50,670 nucleotides of DNA from an uncultured Bdellovibrionales bacterium (lineage in GTDB: Bacteria; Bdellovibrionota_C; UBA2361; OMII01), in NCBI GenBank assembly GCA_964655155.1, contig CAZZLV010000001.1, forward strand, positions 1 through 50,670, in the 5' to 3' direction. Under the pieces are notes generated by a model. The model saw nothing but the letters and a program-made list of their open reading frames with translations. It had not been told where the DNA came from and did no database searches. The translations under genes were made by a program, and so were the position numbers. This document shows, in pieces, positions 9,941-18,085 of this stretch. Position 1 is the first letter of the stretch, and each line of letters opens with the position of its first letter.

Positions 9941-9970
9941 CAGCCTGTGCGGGGCTGCTGTTTTTTATTG
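9941..9970 (+). terminator. Weak intrinsic-terminator-like hairpin
   Basis: CAGCC-TGTGCGG-GGCTG followed by CTGTTTTTTATT. The stem is only 5 bp. Confidence 0.35.
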
Positions 9971-9986
9971 TGGTCTCGGCAAAGTG

Positions 9987-10315
9987 CTATAGTGATGTGC
10001 AAAAGTCCGTGCAAGTAAAACTGGCAAGGCTTTTGCCGTAAGTCACAATGGGTTGTTGTTTTGATTCGCATCCGCGAATCGATAGCGTTTGTCAAGAGCC
10101 GCTATATCGCCAAGGACTTTTGAACCTAAATTTGGCAGTTGCGGGCCCGAAAACGGCGCATCTGGCTAAAATCACTTTGTCTTTTGAATTTTCGGTGCTC
10201 ACCCTGACGGTGCCAGGGTTGCGCCTCCGAAAAGTTCAAAATCCTGTGTGCTTTTAGCCACCTGCACCATTTTCGTGCTCCTTAACTGCCGAATTTAGGT
10301 TGAAAAACGCTACAG
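9987..10315 (-). mobile_element. F2 repeat, copy a (reverse orientation), split into 9987-10124 and 10300-10315 by F1 copy 3
   Basis: The reverse complement matches the other F2 copies from CTATAG...AAATCACTATAG. The terminal about 20 nt resume after the F1 insert. Confidence 0.8.
10125..10299 (+). mobile_element. F1 MITE-like repeat, copy 3 (175 bp), inserted in F2 copy a
   Basis: CCTAAATTTGGCAGTT...AACTGCCGAATTTAGG, flanked by TTGAA at 10120-10124 and 10300-10304. Confidence 0.9.
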
Positions 10316-10338
10316 AGGGTTAATCCGCCAAGCTTGAG

Positions 10339-12585
10339 TTACACTCCACCCAACGCCCTAGGGGACATTATCTCGGATAGAGCCAGCTGCTCTTCAGCTT
10401 GATCGACCGGGAGTGCATACTTTCGGCGAGAGTGTGCGATGCACTCATGGGCAAATGAATCAGCCAGTCGTGGTTTGTTAACATCTATGGTGCTTCCCGA
10501 AAAAACCTCTTGAACTTCCCCATCAACGCTCATCTTTGTATAAAACTGGCGCAGACCGAGATTGAGTAGATCATCAGCCGATATATTGGGCTTAAGTTCG
10601 CTAGCGACTGCACCTGCGTCTTGCGAGCCTACTCGGAATGAGATCAAGCTGGCTATATTGCCGAATACAGTGTCAGACACTCCGGCAGGTAGCTGACCTA
10701 GAAATTGATTCGCAAAGGTGAGGCACAATCGATATTTTCGTGACTCACTCAAGATCTCTCCAAACGAGCTGGTCGCGAAGTTCTGAAACTCGTCGATGTA
10801 AAAATAGAAGTCTTGGCGCGCATTCTCCGGCTGGTCTGCTCTAGAAAGAGCTGCTTCGTACATCTTCCAGATTATCAATGAGCCGAGGAGTGCAGAGTTC
10901 TCCGCTCCGAGCACACCCTTAGAGACCTTGCAAAGAACTATCTTGCGAGTATCCATGAACTCTCTAAAGTCAAAGGCATTCGAGGGCTGACCGAGGATGT
11001 TGCGAACCATGTCGGTCGCCAATAGCTCATCCAATTTATTAAGCAGCTGCGAGATCGGCCCCGCTTCGAACTCAGACCGATTCGCCGGAAACTCAACTTC
11101 CCAAAAACGCCTTACCGAGTCGTCATTAGAGCGGCGCACAACTTCTCGCCGAAAATCATCATCAGAGAGCAGCCTTCTTAGAGAAACGATGCTGGTGCCT
11201 GGGACATTGAGCAACGCAATCATAGCGTAACGCAGGATGTAGTCCATACGCTCTGACCATGCAGAATTTAGCACTCGCTTAAAGGTATCGAGAAATCCCA
11301 GCGCCACCCGCATCTTCTGGTCTGGTCTTACCGGAATCATTGGATTGAAGGACGCCGGGTGAGACATATCACTCGGGTCGAAAATTACCACGTCATTGAC
11401 ACGATGCTTTGGTATAACCCTTAGTATGTCGTCAACTAAGTCTCCGTGAGGATCAATGACTGCACAGCCGTAGCCCTGTTCGACATCACTTTTTACCAGC
11501 AACTCAAGTAGGCATGACTTCCCAGTGCCGGACTTGCCAACTAGATAGAGGTGACGGCGTCTATCGAAGCGACGTATTCCAAAATCTTCAATCTGATGGC
11601 GATAGTTTGTACGCCCAAAAAAACTAATTTGTGGATCTCCACTTGTCGTGGGTAATGTTCGCGGTGGCTGCAGTTTTTTGGCAAGCACGCGAGCCGTATT
11701 CGGAAGTGTTGTAACGTATGGTGGGTGCCACAGAGTTGCCACTTCTTCATTGCACAGCTTGTATGGGGCATGAAATCGGCGCTCCTGAACCTTCTTCTTG
11801 ATACTACTGCCGAATGATATCGGGCCAAGTCGAAAACGGTTTTCGTGCGTTGTGTTGTAGATCTTCGCCGCATTGGATATCAACACCACGCTGTTTTTTA
11901 ACCGCTTGCGTGCCTCACTAATCTGCTGAGGAGTGGCGTTAGAAGGTAGTTTAGTGTGTACACTAATGCGGTAGTTGGCCCAAAATAATGAGGATAAACC
12001 TTTGGCCTTGATCGCTTCAGCAGTTTTACTTTCACCTTGAATGCGGAGCCACTGACGGGGACGAAATATTCGGAAGACCTTATCAAGTATGCGTGTGATG
12101 TATCTCTCAATCTGTAAAAAGTTAGTATCGGGTATGGGACGCACAAGCACTTGAATGAGAGCGGTGTCCGTTTCAGCAATTCTTCCCAGAGCGGTAAGGA
12201 CAGCGCTTAAGGAGCTCCACGCCATCGGCTTCCAATTCTCCAGAGGGTATATATCGGGAAGTTCTAGATATAGATCGGCCCCTGCTACTAGAGTCGAGTC
12301 TGTCCAGCTCTGCGTGTAGTCCGGAATCGGATGAATCTCTAGTTCGGCGTTATGATAGATATTTCCGGCGACGTTCGTAACCGTTTCCTCGTCTCCGGCG
12401 ACGCAAAGACTAATGCAGTTGTCTTGTGAGAACATCTCCATCGAAAACGGGCCACTGTTGCTTGATTGAATATCCTCAATCTTTGCGCAGAAGTTAAACG
12501 CAGGAGATAGCCCCCACTCGATGTCTACAATCGCACCTTCGAGGGTCTGAACACGGCGAGGGAGGTGTAATCTGGCAACAAACAT
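10339..12585 (-). CDS. TraD/VirD4-like (type IV coupling protein / FtsK-HerA superfamily) P-loop ATPase with an uncharacterised ~340-aa N-terminal domain
   Basis: Walker A LVGKSGTGKS, then AVIDPHGDL, Walker B FYFYIDEFQNF, and RKYRLCLTFANQ (TraG-D_C-like). Confidence 0.65.
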   Translation of the reverse strand: MFVARLHLPRRVQTLEGAIVDIEWGLSPAFNFCAKIEDIQSSNSGPFSMEMFSQDNCISLCVAGDEETVTNVAGNIYHNAELEIHPIPDYTQSWTDSTLVAGADLYLELPDIYPLENWKPMAWSSLSAVLTALGRIAETDTALIQVLVRPIPDTNFLQIERYITRILDKVFRIFRPRQWLRIQGESKTAEAIKAKGLSSLFWANYRISVHTKLPSNATPQQISEARKRLKNSVVLISNAAKIYNTTHENRFRLGPISFGSSIKKKVQERRFHAPYKLCNEEVATLWHPPYVTTLPNTARVLAKKLQPPRTLPTTSGDPQISFFGRTNYRHQIEDFGIRRFDRRRHLYLVGKSGTGKSCLLELLVKSDVEQGYGCAVIDPHGDLVDDILRVIPKHRVNDVVIFDPSDMSHPASFNPMIPVRPDQKMRVALGFLDTFKRVLNSAWSERMDYILRYAMIALLNVPGTSIVSLRRLLSDDDFRREVVRRSNDDSVRRFWEVEFPANRSEFEAGPISQLLNKLDELLATDMVRNILGQPSNAFDFREFMDTRKIVLCKVSKGVLGAENSALLGSLIIWKMYEAALSRADQPENARQDFYFYIDEFQNFATSSFGEILSESRKYRLCLTFANQFLGQLPAGVSDTVFGNIASLISFRVGSQDAGAVASELKPNISADDLLNLGLRQFYTKMSVDGEVQEVFSGSTIDVNKPRLADSFAHECIAHSRRKYALPVDQAEEQLALSEIMSPRALGGV

Positions 12586-12748
12586 GGGAACAACATTAGA
12601 AGAGAACGTGAGTCTTGACTTGCTGATATTACAGTGTTCGCTTCTTCCTTACAATTTACCAAAAAAAACTTAGCTACGCGAACGTACTCGAGGAAAACTG
12701 CCTGTTCCAGGGCTTTTGTTGTCGTAATATATTGATTATGCTGTTTAA

Positions 12749-12924
12749 CCTAAATTCGGCAGTGGCGGGCACGAAAACGGCGCATCTGTCTAAAATCACT
12801 TCGTCTTTTGAATTTTCGGTACTCACCCTGACGGTGCCAGGGTTGCGCCTTAAGAAAAGTTCAAAATACTTCGTGCTTTTAGCCATCTGCACCATTTTCG
12901 TTCTCCTTAACTGCCGAATTTAGG
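12749..12924 (+). mobile_element. F1 MITE-like repeat, copy 4 (176 bp)
   Basis: CCTAAATTCGGCAGTG...AACTGCCGAATTTAGG. Flanks are TTTAA and TTGAA. It lies in the divergent region between the ATPase gene and manA. Confidence 0.88.
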
Positions 12925-13012
12925 TTGAAAGGTGAGTAGACGCGGAGTTGTTATTCGTCATTTAGCGGAGCCGGTTGCTGGCTTTATTTAACCTATGATT
13001 GATTGAATCTAG

Positions 13013-14272
13013 ATGAATCCAAAAAAATCGCATCACCTGGATGATTTGGTTCCACTAAGGCTGGAGGGGCACATACAGCGCTATGCTTGGGGTAAGATCG
13101 GAAGAGCTTCGCGTATTGGGCCATTTTTGCGCGATTCTGTATCTGACGCGCCTCTGGCAGAGTATTGGCTCGGGTGTCATCCCAAAGGGCCAACACTAGC
13201 CGTTTTCCCGGACGGCTCGCGCTGCCCAGTAGCTGAGTTGTTACCGACAGATAGACAGCTGCCTTTTATGCTCAAAGTGCTATCGATTAATCCAGCTTTT
13301 GGTCTATCTATCCAGTCGCACCCTGACATAGATCTTGCACGGCAACTACATGCTCGCGATCCTGAGCATTATCCAGACCCTTTTCATAAGCCTGAGATAG
13401 GGATAGCTCTTACACCGGTTAAATTGCTTTACAACATCAAATCGTCCAAGGCGCTGCGTCAAGTAATTTGTGATTATCCCGAAATAGTGGATCTGCTGTC
13501 AGAACAAACACGGAGTGGTCTAATATCTAGAGATCGAGCAGTGGAAGATCTAGAGCTGAGCGCGCAGACCCGTAGGGGGATCTTCAGTGATTGCATCAAG
13601 GCGGAACAAGAGGCTGTAAGTACGGTAGTAAAATCGATCTGTGAACGTCTTGTGCATTCTGTGGTAGGGGCCCCTCCAGAGGAGGTGACGATCATGAGAG
13701 GGCTGGCTGAAACGTACGGCACAGGAGATGCAGGGCTTGTAACTTTGTTGTTGATGAATCTCGTTTCTTTGGCTCCTGGTGAAGGTTTCTTTATCGCTCC
13801 TAATATTCCACATGCGTACCTTGATGGCGATCTGGTTGAGTGTATGGCCTGTTCTGATAATGTAATCCGAGCTGGGCTGACTACTAAGTTTAGAGATGTG
13901 AAAACTCTGATTGAAACGACCGCTTTTGACATAGTTGAGGAGCCTAAGTGTACTTCGACACGGGAATTTGCAGGGGGCTATCGAGAGTTTCTGGTGCCGG
14001 TTCAAGAGTTTAAGGTGGGTGTTGTGCAGCCAGGAGCGAAGCGATTTTGTGTAGATCTATCGCAAGGCCCTGCCGTAGCTCTCAGTTTGGGTCAGAGAAC
14101 AGTTGTGTACTATGGAGTGGGACTTAAGGGTATGACGCTGAGCGATGGAGATGCCGTGCTACTACCACACGGTCTTGTCGGTTGTGAGGTGTCGACCGAC
14201 AAAGCGCAGCTATTTATTGCTCACGCAGGTGTTATTGGCAGCTCTCACCTAAAAAGAGGGTGTTTAACATGA
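13013..14272 (+). CDS. manA: Mannose-6-phosphate isomerase, class I
   Basis: YAWGKIG, LSIQSHPD and PNIPHAYLDGDLVECMACSDNVIRAGLTTKF, the type I PMI zinc-site motifs. Confidence 0.88.
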   Translation: MNPKKSHHLDDLVPLRLEGHIQRYAWGKIGRASRIGPFLRDSVSDAPLAEYWLGCHPKGPTLAVFPDGSRCPVAELLPTDRQLPFMLKVLSINPAFGLSIQSHPDIDLARQLHARDPEHYPDPFHKPEIGIALTPVKLLYNIKSSKALRQVICDYPEIVDLLSEQTRSGLISRDRAVEDLELSAQTRRGIFSDCIKAEQEAVSTVVKSICERLVHSVVGAPPEEVTIMRGLAETYGTGDAGLVTLLLMNLVSLAPGEGFFIAPNIPHAYLDGDLVECMACSDNVIRAGLTTKFRDVKTLIETTAFDIVEEPKCTSTREFAGGYREFLVPVQEFKVGVVQPGAKRFCVDLSQGPAVALSLGQRTVVYYGVGLKGMTLSDGDAVLLPHGLVGCEVSTDKAQLFIAHAGVIGSSHLKRGCLT

Positions 14273-15822
14273 AAGATAGTCGATACACTAGTGGCGATAT
14301 CGCTGAGATAGCCTCGGGATATCGGGCGCCACTGCACGCTAATGGCGGGGACGGTTCCAAGGCTCTGGTGAGGGATATGGTATTAAGGCAGGATGCCAAG
14401 GTGGGTCTCAAGACTGCCGCAGCTAAGATGCAGTCGGATGGATTACCACTTTCCGTTATAAAGAATTTCGAGCGGCTCTTTGATGACGTGCTGCACGGCA
14501 AGACCGGGATGATCACCGAAGATGAGATAGAGCCGGCGCGCGATATAGTCGATTTCTATGATATTCAAAGGTGCGCAGAGACGGTTGCCTTAGGGGAGCG
14601 CTTGCTAGATTCGCTGGTAGTGGTGCGACTAAATGGTGGTCTTGGCACTTCGATGGGGCTTGAGCGAGCAAAGTCACTTCTTCCGGTCAAAAATGGGCTC
14701 ACCTTCAACGATATCATAGCACGGCAGCTGCAGGCTTTGCAGAGGCGCTTTGATGTTGCGATCCCGTTGATACACATGACGAGCTTTTCAACTGATGCGG
14801 ACGTTAGGGCCGCAATGGCAGGGTATTCTGAGCTTAGCCCTGGGGAGCTTCCGGTGAGCTTTCTGCAGCATAGACACCCGAAGATATACCTCGATACAAT
14901 GATGCCGGCAGATGAGCACGATGAGGAGCTAAATTGGAACCCTCCGGGACACGGAGATATCTATGCCGCTTTAATCGCTTCTGGTTTGGCAGAAAAATTG
15001 GTGCAGATGGGTAAGCGCTACGCATTCGTTGCCAACGCTGACAACCTGGGAGCAACTGTAGAGCCGGCGATACTAGGTTATTTTGCCGGCAGCGGTGCGC
15101 CGTTCCTGATGGAGACGGCAGAGCGCACAGCGGCTGATGCCAAGGGCGGTCACTTGGCTAGGCGTAAGAGTAACGGTAGGTTAATGCTTCGAGAAAGCAG
15201 CCAAGCGCCGACGAGGCCAGGCGGTGATATCATCCCTGAGTTTCAGGATGTTTTAAAGTATCAGTACTTCAACACCAACAACATTTGGCTCGATTTGCAG
15301 GCTGTGATTGAGGTAGCTGGACGTCACGAAGGAGCGATTCCACTACCTCTGATAAGTAACAAAAAGACTGTAAACCCACGAGATAGAACTAGTAGGAAGG
15401 TTATTCAGATCGAAACTGCGATGGGAGCAGCCATAGAAGTGTTTGAAGGCGCTCGCGCTTTGCAGGTTCCTAGACGTCGCTTCGCCCCGGTTAAAACTAA
15501 CAACGACCTACTTGTAGTTCGCTCTGATGTCTATGTACTTAATGAGGATTGCACCCTGACGATAGCGCCTTCACGTAGTGCTTCGGGTTTGCCTCTTGTA
15601 TCTCTCGATCCAACTTTCTACGGTTTAATTAAGGATTTTGAGTCGAGGATAAAAGTAGTTCCATCGCTTATAGAAGCTGAAAGCCTCTCGGTGACTGGTG
15701 ATATAGTGTTTGATCATCCGGTGTCTGTTATAGGTAAGGTGCGTGTAGTTGCCACGGTTGGAGAGTCTAAAACGGTGCCACAAGAGATCTCAAGGATAGA
15801 AAATAGTGAAGTATCCCTGTAA
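14269..15822 (+). CDS. UTP--glucose-1-phosphate uridylyltransferase, eukaryote-type UDPGP family
   Basis: VRLNGGLGTSMG, NPPGHGDIY and FVANADNLGA motifs. The ATG at 14269 overlaps the manA TGA (ATGA), and GAGGG lies about 8 nt upstream. The track ORF starts at GTG 14260. Confidence 0.85.
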   Translation: MKDSRYTSGDIAEIASGYRAPLHANGGDGSKALVRDMVLRQDAKVGLKTAAAKMQSDGLPLSVIKNFERLFDDVLHGKTGMITEDEIEPARDIVDFYDIQRCAETVALGERLLDSLVVVRLNGGLGTSMGLERAKSLLPVKNGLTFNDIIARQLQALQRRFDVAIPLIHMTSFSTDADVRAAMAGYSELSPGELPVSFLQHRHPKIYLDTMMPADEHDEELNWNPPGHGDIYAALIASGLAEKLVQMGKRYAFVANADNLGATVEPAILGYFAGSGAPFLMETAERTAADAKGGHLARRKSNGRLMLRESSQAPTRPGGDIIPEFQDVLKYQYFNTNNIWLDLQAVIEVAGRHEGAIPLPLISNKKTVNPRDRTSRKVIQIETAMGAAIEVFEGARALQVPRRRFAPVKTNNDLLVVRSDVYVLNEDCTLTIAPSRSASGLPLVSLDPTFYGLIKDFESRIKVVPSLIEAESLSVTGDIVFDHPVSVIGKVRVVATVGESKTVPQEISRIENSEVSL

Positions 15823-15887
15823 ACCCTGAGCGAATGATTCGTTTCAAAAATCACTCGCGCAGAGTTAACCTGTGCACCACTCCCAAT

Positions 15888-16592
15888 TTATCCAACGTGT
15901 GGTGGAAGAACATCGCGTAGTCTATTAACCTCACGCTGAAGATCTTCGGGGATTTTAGCTGTTAGAGCCTGTTCGCGGAGCCCGTAGAAAGCCCGTTCAT
16001 CGCTATCATCACGTGAGATATTCACCCCATCCAAAGCGGCGCCCATGAATAGTCCCTGACTTCTGGAATAGGCAACTAGCTCTGCCTGTGGAGAAGGTAG
16101 TGTCTTGTCAAAGATTCCGGCAACAGCACTCAATTCACCGCCTACCTTGAAGCTTCCTTTTTTAAGTGCTTCAACGGCACGGTTGCCCGTAATATAGAGA
16201 ACCATATCAGCTGATTTTACACCAGCTTGTAGGCCGATACTGCCGCCGATCAGATTGAGAAACATCGGATTTTCCCATTCGCCGGTAGCGGTTTTACAGA
16301 ACGCTATTCCGTCTCCATGTGTTCCTCCGAGTCCAGCAGACACGGTTACAGTATCAGGAAATATCGCCACACATTTGGTTCTTTCGATTACTGATTGAGG
16401 AACTTTGCCGAGTTTTCCCTCCGAGATCTCTTTGTATACCGATGTTGACTTGGTGAGTGTATATTCGGCCTCCTTAAATGCGCGAGAGGTGCGGTCAACC
16501 TCGGGCTCGTCAGCAGCGAATCCGCTGCAAGGCAATGCCAGAGATAGTGTTACTAGGGCCAAGGCGGTTTTGACTGCATCTATTAGATTCAT
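15888..16592 (-). CDS. SYLF (DUF500, Ysc84-like) domain protein with signal peptide
   Basis: N-terminal signal sequence, then VAIFPDTVTVSAGLGGTHGDG...GGSIGLQAGVKSADMVLY...KVGGELSAVAG, as in SYLF domains. Confidence 0.6.
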   Translation of the reverse strand: MNLIDAVKTALALVTLSLALPCSGFAADEPEVDRTSRAFKEAEYTLTKSTSVYKEISEGKLGKVPQSVIERTKCVAIFPDTVTVSAGLGGTHGDGIAFCKTATGEWENPMFLNLIGGSIGLQAGVKSADMVLYITGNRAVEALKKGSFKVGGELSAVAGIFDKTLPSPQAELVAYSRSQGLFMGAALDGVNISRDDSDERAFYGLREQALTAKIPEDLQREVNRLRDVLPPHVG

Positions 16593-16770
16593 ATGTTCCT
16601 CTCGTAAATTTTATTTTGATTGGTAGCTTGTTCTATATACGGCCCGACTGGAGTCAAGTGCACGCGCCGATTAGCGTCGTGAGCTTTCCGTCATCTCGTT
16701 CCGTCAATGTTCTTAGAGCTTTTCTCAACAGTATGTAGTTGGCTATGAGAGAGGTCAGCTTATCGAGGTT

Positions 16771-16916
16771 CTATAGCGTTTTTCAAAAGTCATGAGCGAT
16801 ATAGCGTTTAGAAAACCCTATTGATTCGCTGACGCGAATCAAAACAACAACCTATAGTGATTTACGGCAAAAGCCTTGCTAGTTTTACTGGCACGGACTT
16901 TTGCAAATCACTATAG
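16771..16916 (+). mobile_element. F2 repeat, copy b (146 bp)
   Basis: CTATAGCGTTTTTCAAAAGTC...GATTCGCTGACGCGAATC...CTATAGTGATTTACGGCAAAAGCC...GGACTTTTGCAAATCACTATAG. Its last 32 nt overlap the 3' end of dapE. Confidence 0.85.
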
Positions 16917-18075
16917 GTTTAACTGCCATAGAGTTCAGGATTGAGCGGTATATATGAACTAGGTCAACAAGCTCAGAGATATCTAGTCCCTCGTCAATTT
17001 TGTGAATCGTTTCGTTTGAAGGGCCTAACTCAACAACCTCAGCAGCACGCTCAGCTATGAAGCGCCCGTCGGATGTTCCGCCATCTCGAGAGAGTTTTGG
17101 TGCATGACCGAGCTCACGTAAAGTTTTGGAGACTACTTCGCGTAACACTCCCTTTCTAGAGTCATATGGTTTTGAATCCTGCATCCACGATACCTCAACA
17201 GATACAGAGCTATCCACTAAGATTGGTGTGAGTCGATCGATCAATTCCTGCCTTGTTAGCGGAGATCGAAATCTGATGTTAAATTTGAACTCAGCTTGAC
17301 CAGGAACAACGTTGGTTCCTGCCCCGGTTCCTGCATGTAGCGACGATACCTGAAGCGATGATGGGGGCCACCCACAGTCACCTTCTGAGCGATCGACCTC
17401 GGGCAATCCGAGATCGATATCAAATGCTAAAAGCCGGTTAATTATTCGGACAGCCGCGTGGATTGCATTCTCAGCCAAGTGCGGGTACGCAACATGACCC
17501 TGAACACCATGAACCGAAACCTTTGCACTCAGTGATCCACGTCGACCGATTTTGAAGCAGTCTCCGAGTCGTTTGTTGGCAGTTGGCTCACCGACTAGAC
17601 ACGAATCAATCTTCTTGCCCTGTGAGTCTAGGAGTGCCAGCAATGCTGGAGTGCCCTCTGATTGCACCTCTTCATCGCCCGCTATCAGCAGCGCTAGGGG
17701 CAGCTCAGAGTTGGGATTGGCGCCCAGGAAGTCTTCAAGAGCGATAATCCAAGCAGCAACCGACCCTTTCATATCGGCAACACCGCGACCAAGGAGACGT
17801 TCTCCAACAACGGTGCCTTGAAATGGATCCACACTCCAGCCCTCGCCAGCAGCAACAACATCAGTGTGGCCGGCAAACGCAAAATAGGCTGGACCGTTTC
17901 CCCTAAAAGCCAAAAGATTGTTGCAGTGTTTTAACGGGGCGTACTCTACCTTAAACCCAAGACCCTTGAGTCGCTCGGCCAGTAGCTCCTGACCGCCATT
18001 GTCAAATCCATCTGTGTTGGATCTTTTCACCAATTCTACGGTTAATGATACCACTCGATCGCGCACTGTTGTCAT
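16885..18075 (-). CDS. dapE: Succinyl-diaminopimelate desuccinylase (M20 peptidase)
   Basis: FAGHTDVV, GRGVADMKGS, GRRGSLSAKVSVHGVQGHVAYPHLAENAIH and GGTSDGRFIA..VVELGPSNETIHKIDE closely follow the E. coli DapE pattern. Confidence 0.85.
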   Translation of the reverse strand: MTTVRDRVVSLTVELVKRSNTDGFDNGGQELLAERLKGLGFKVEYAPLKHCNNLLAFRGNGPAYFAFAGHTDVVAAGEGWSVDPFQGTVVGERLLGRGVADMKGSVAAWIIALEDFLGANPNSELPLALLIAGDEEVQSEGTPALLALLDSQGKKIDSCLVGEPTANKRLGDCFKIGRRGSLSAKVSVHGVQGHVAYPHLAENAIHAAVRIINRLLAFDIDLGLPEVDRSEGDCGWPPSSLQVSSLHAGTGAGTNVVPGQAEFKFNIRFRSPLTRQELIDRLTPILVDSSVSVEVSWMQDSKPYDSRKGVLREVVSKTLRELGHAPKLSRDGGTSDGRFIAERAAEVVELGPSNETIHKIDEGLDISELVDLVHIYRSILNSMAVKPIVICKSPCQ

Positions 18076-18085
18076 AACTGCAGCT

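Noticed and set aside
13474-14005. Two ~150-aa minus-strand ORFs inside manA
   Set aside because: They are antisense shadow frames within a CDS that carries clear class I PMI motifs.
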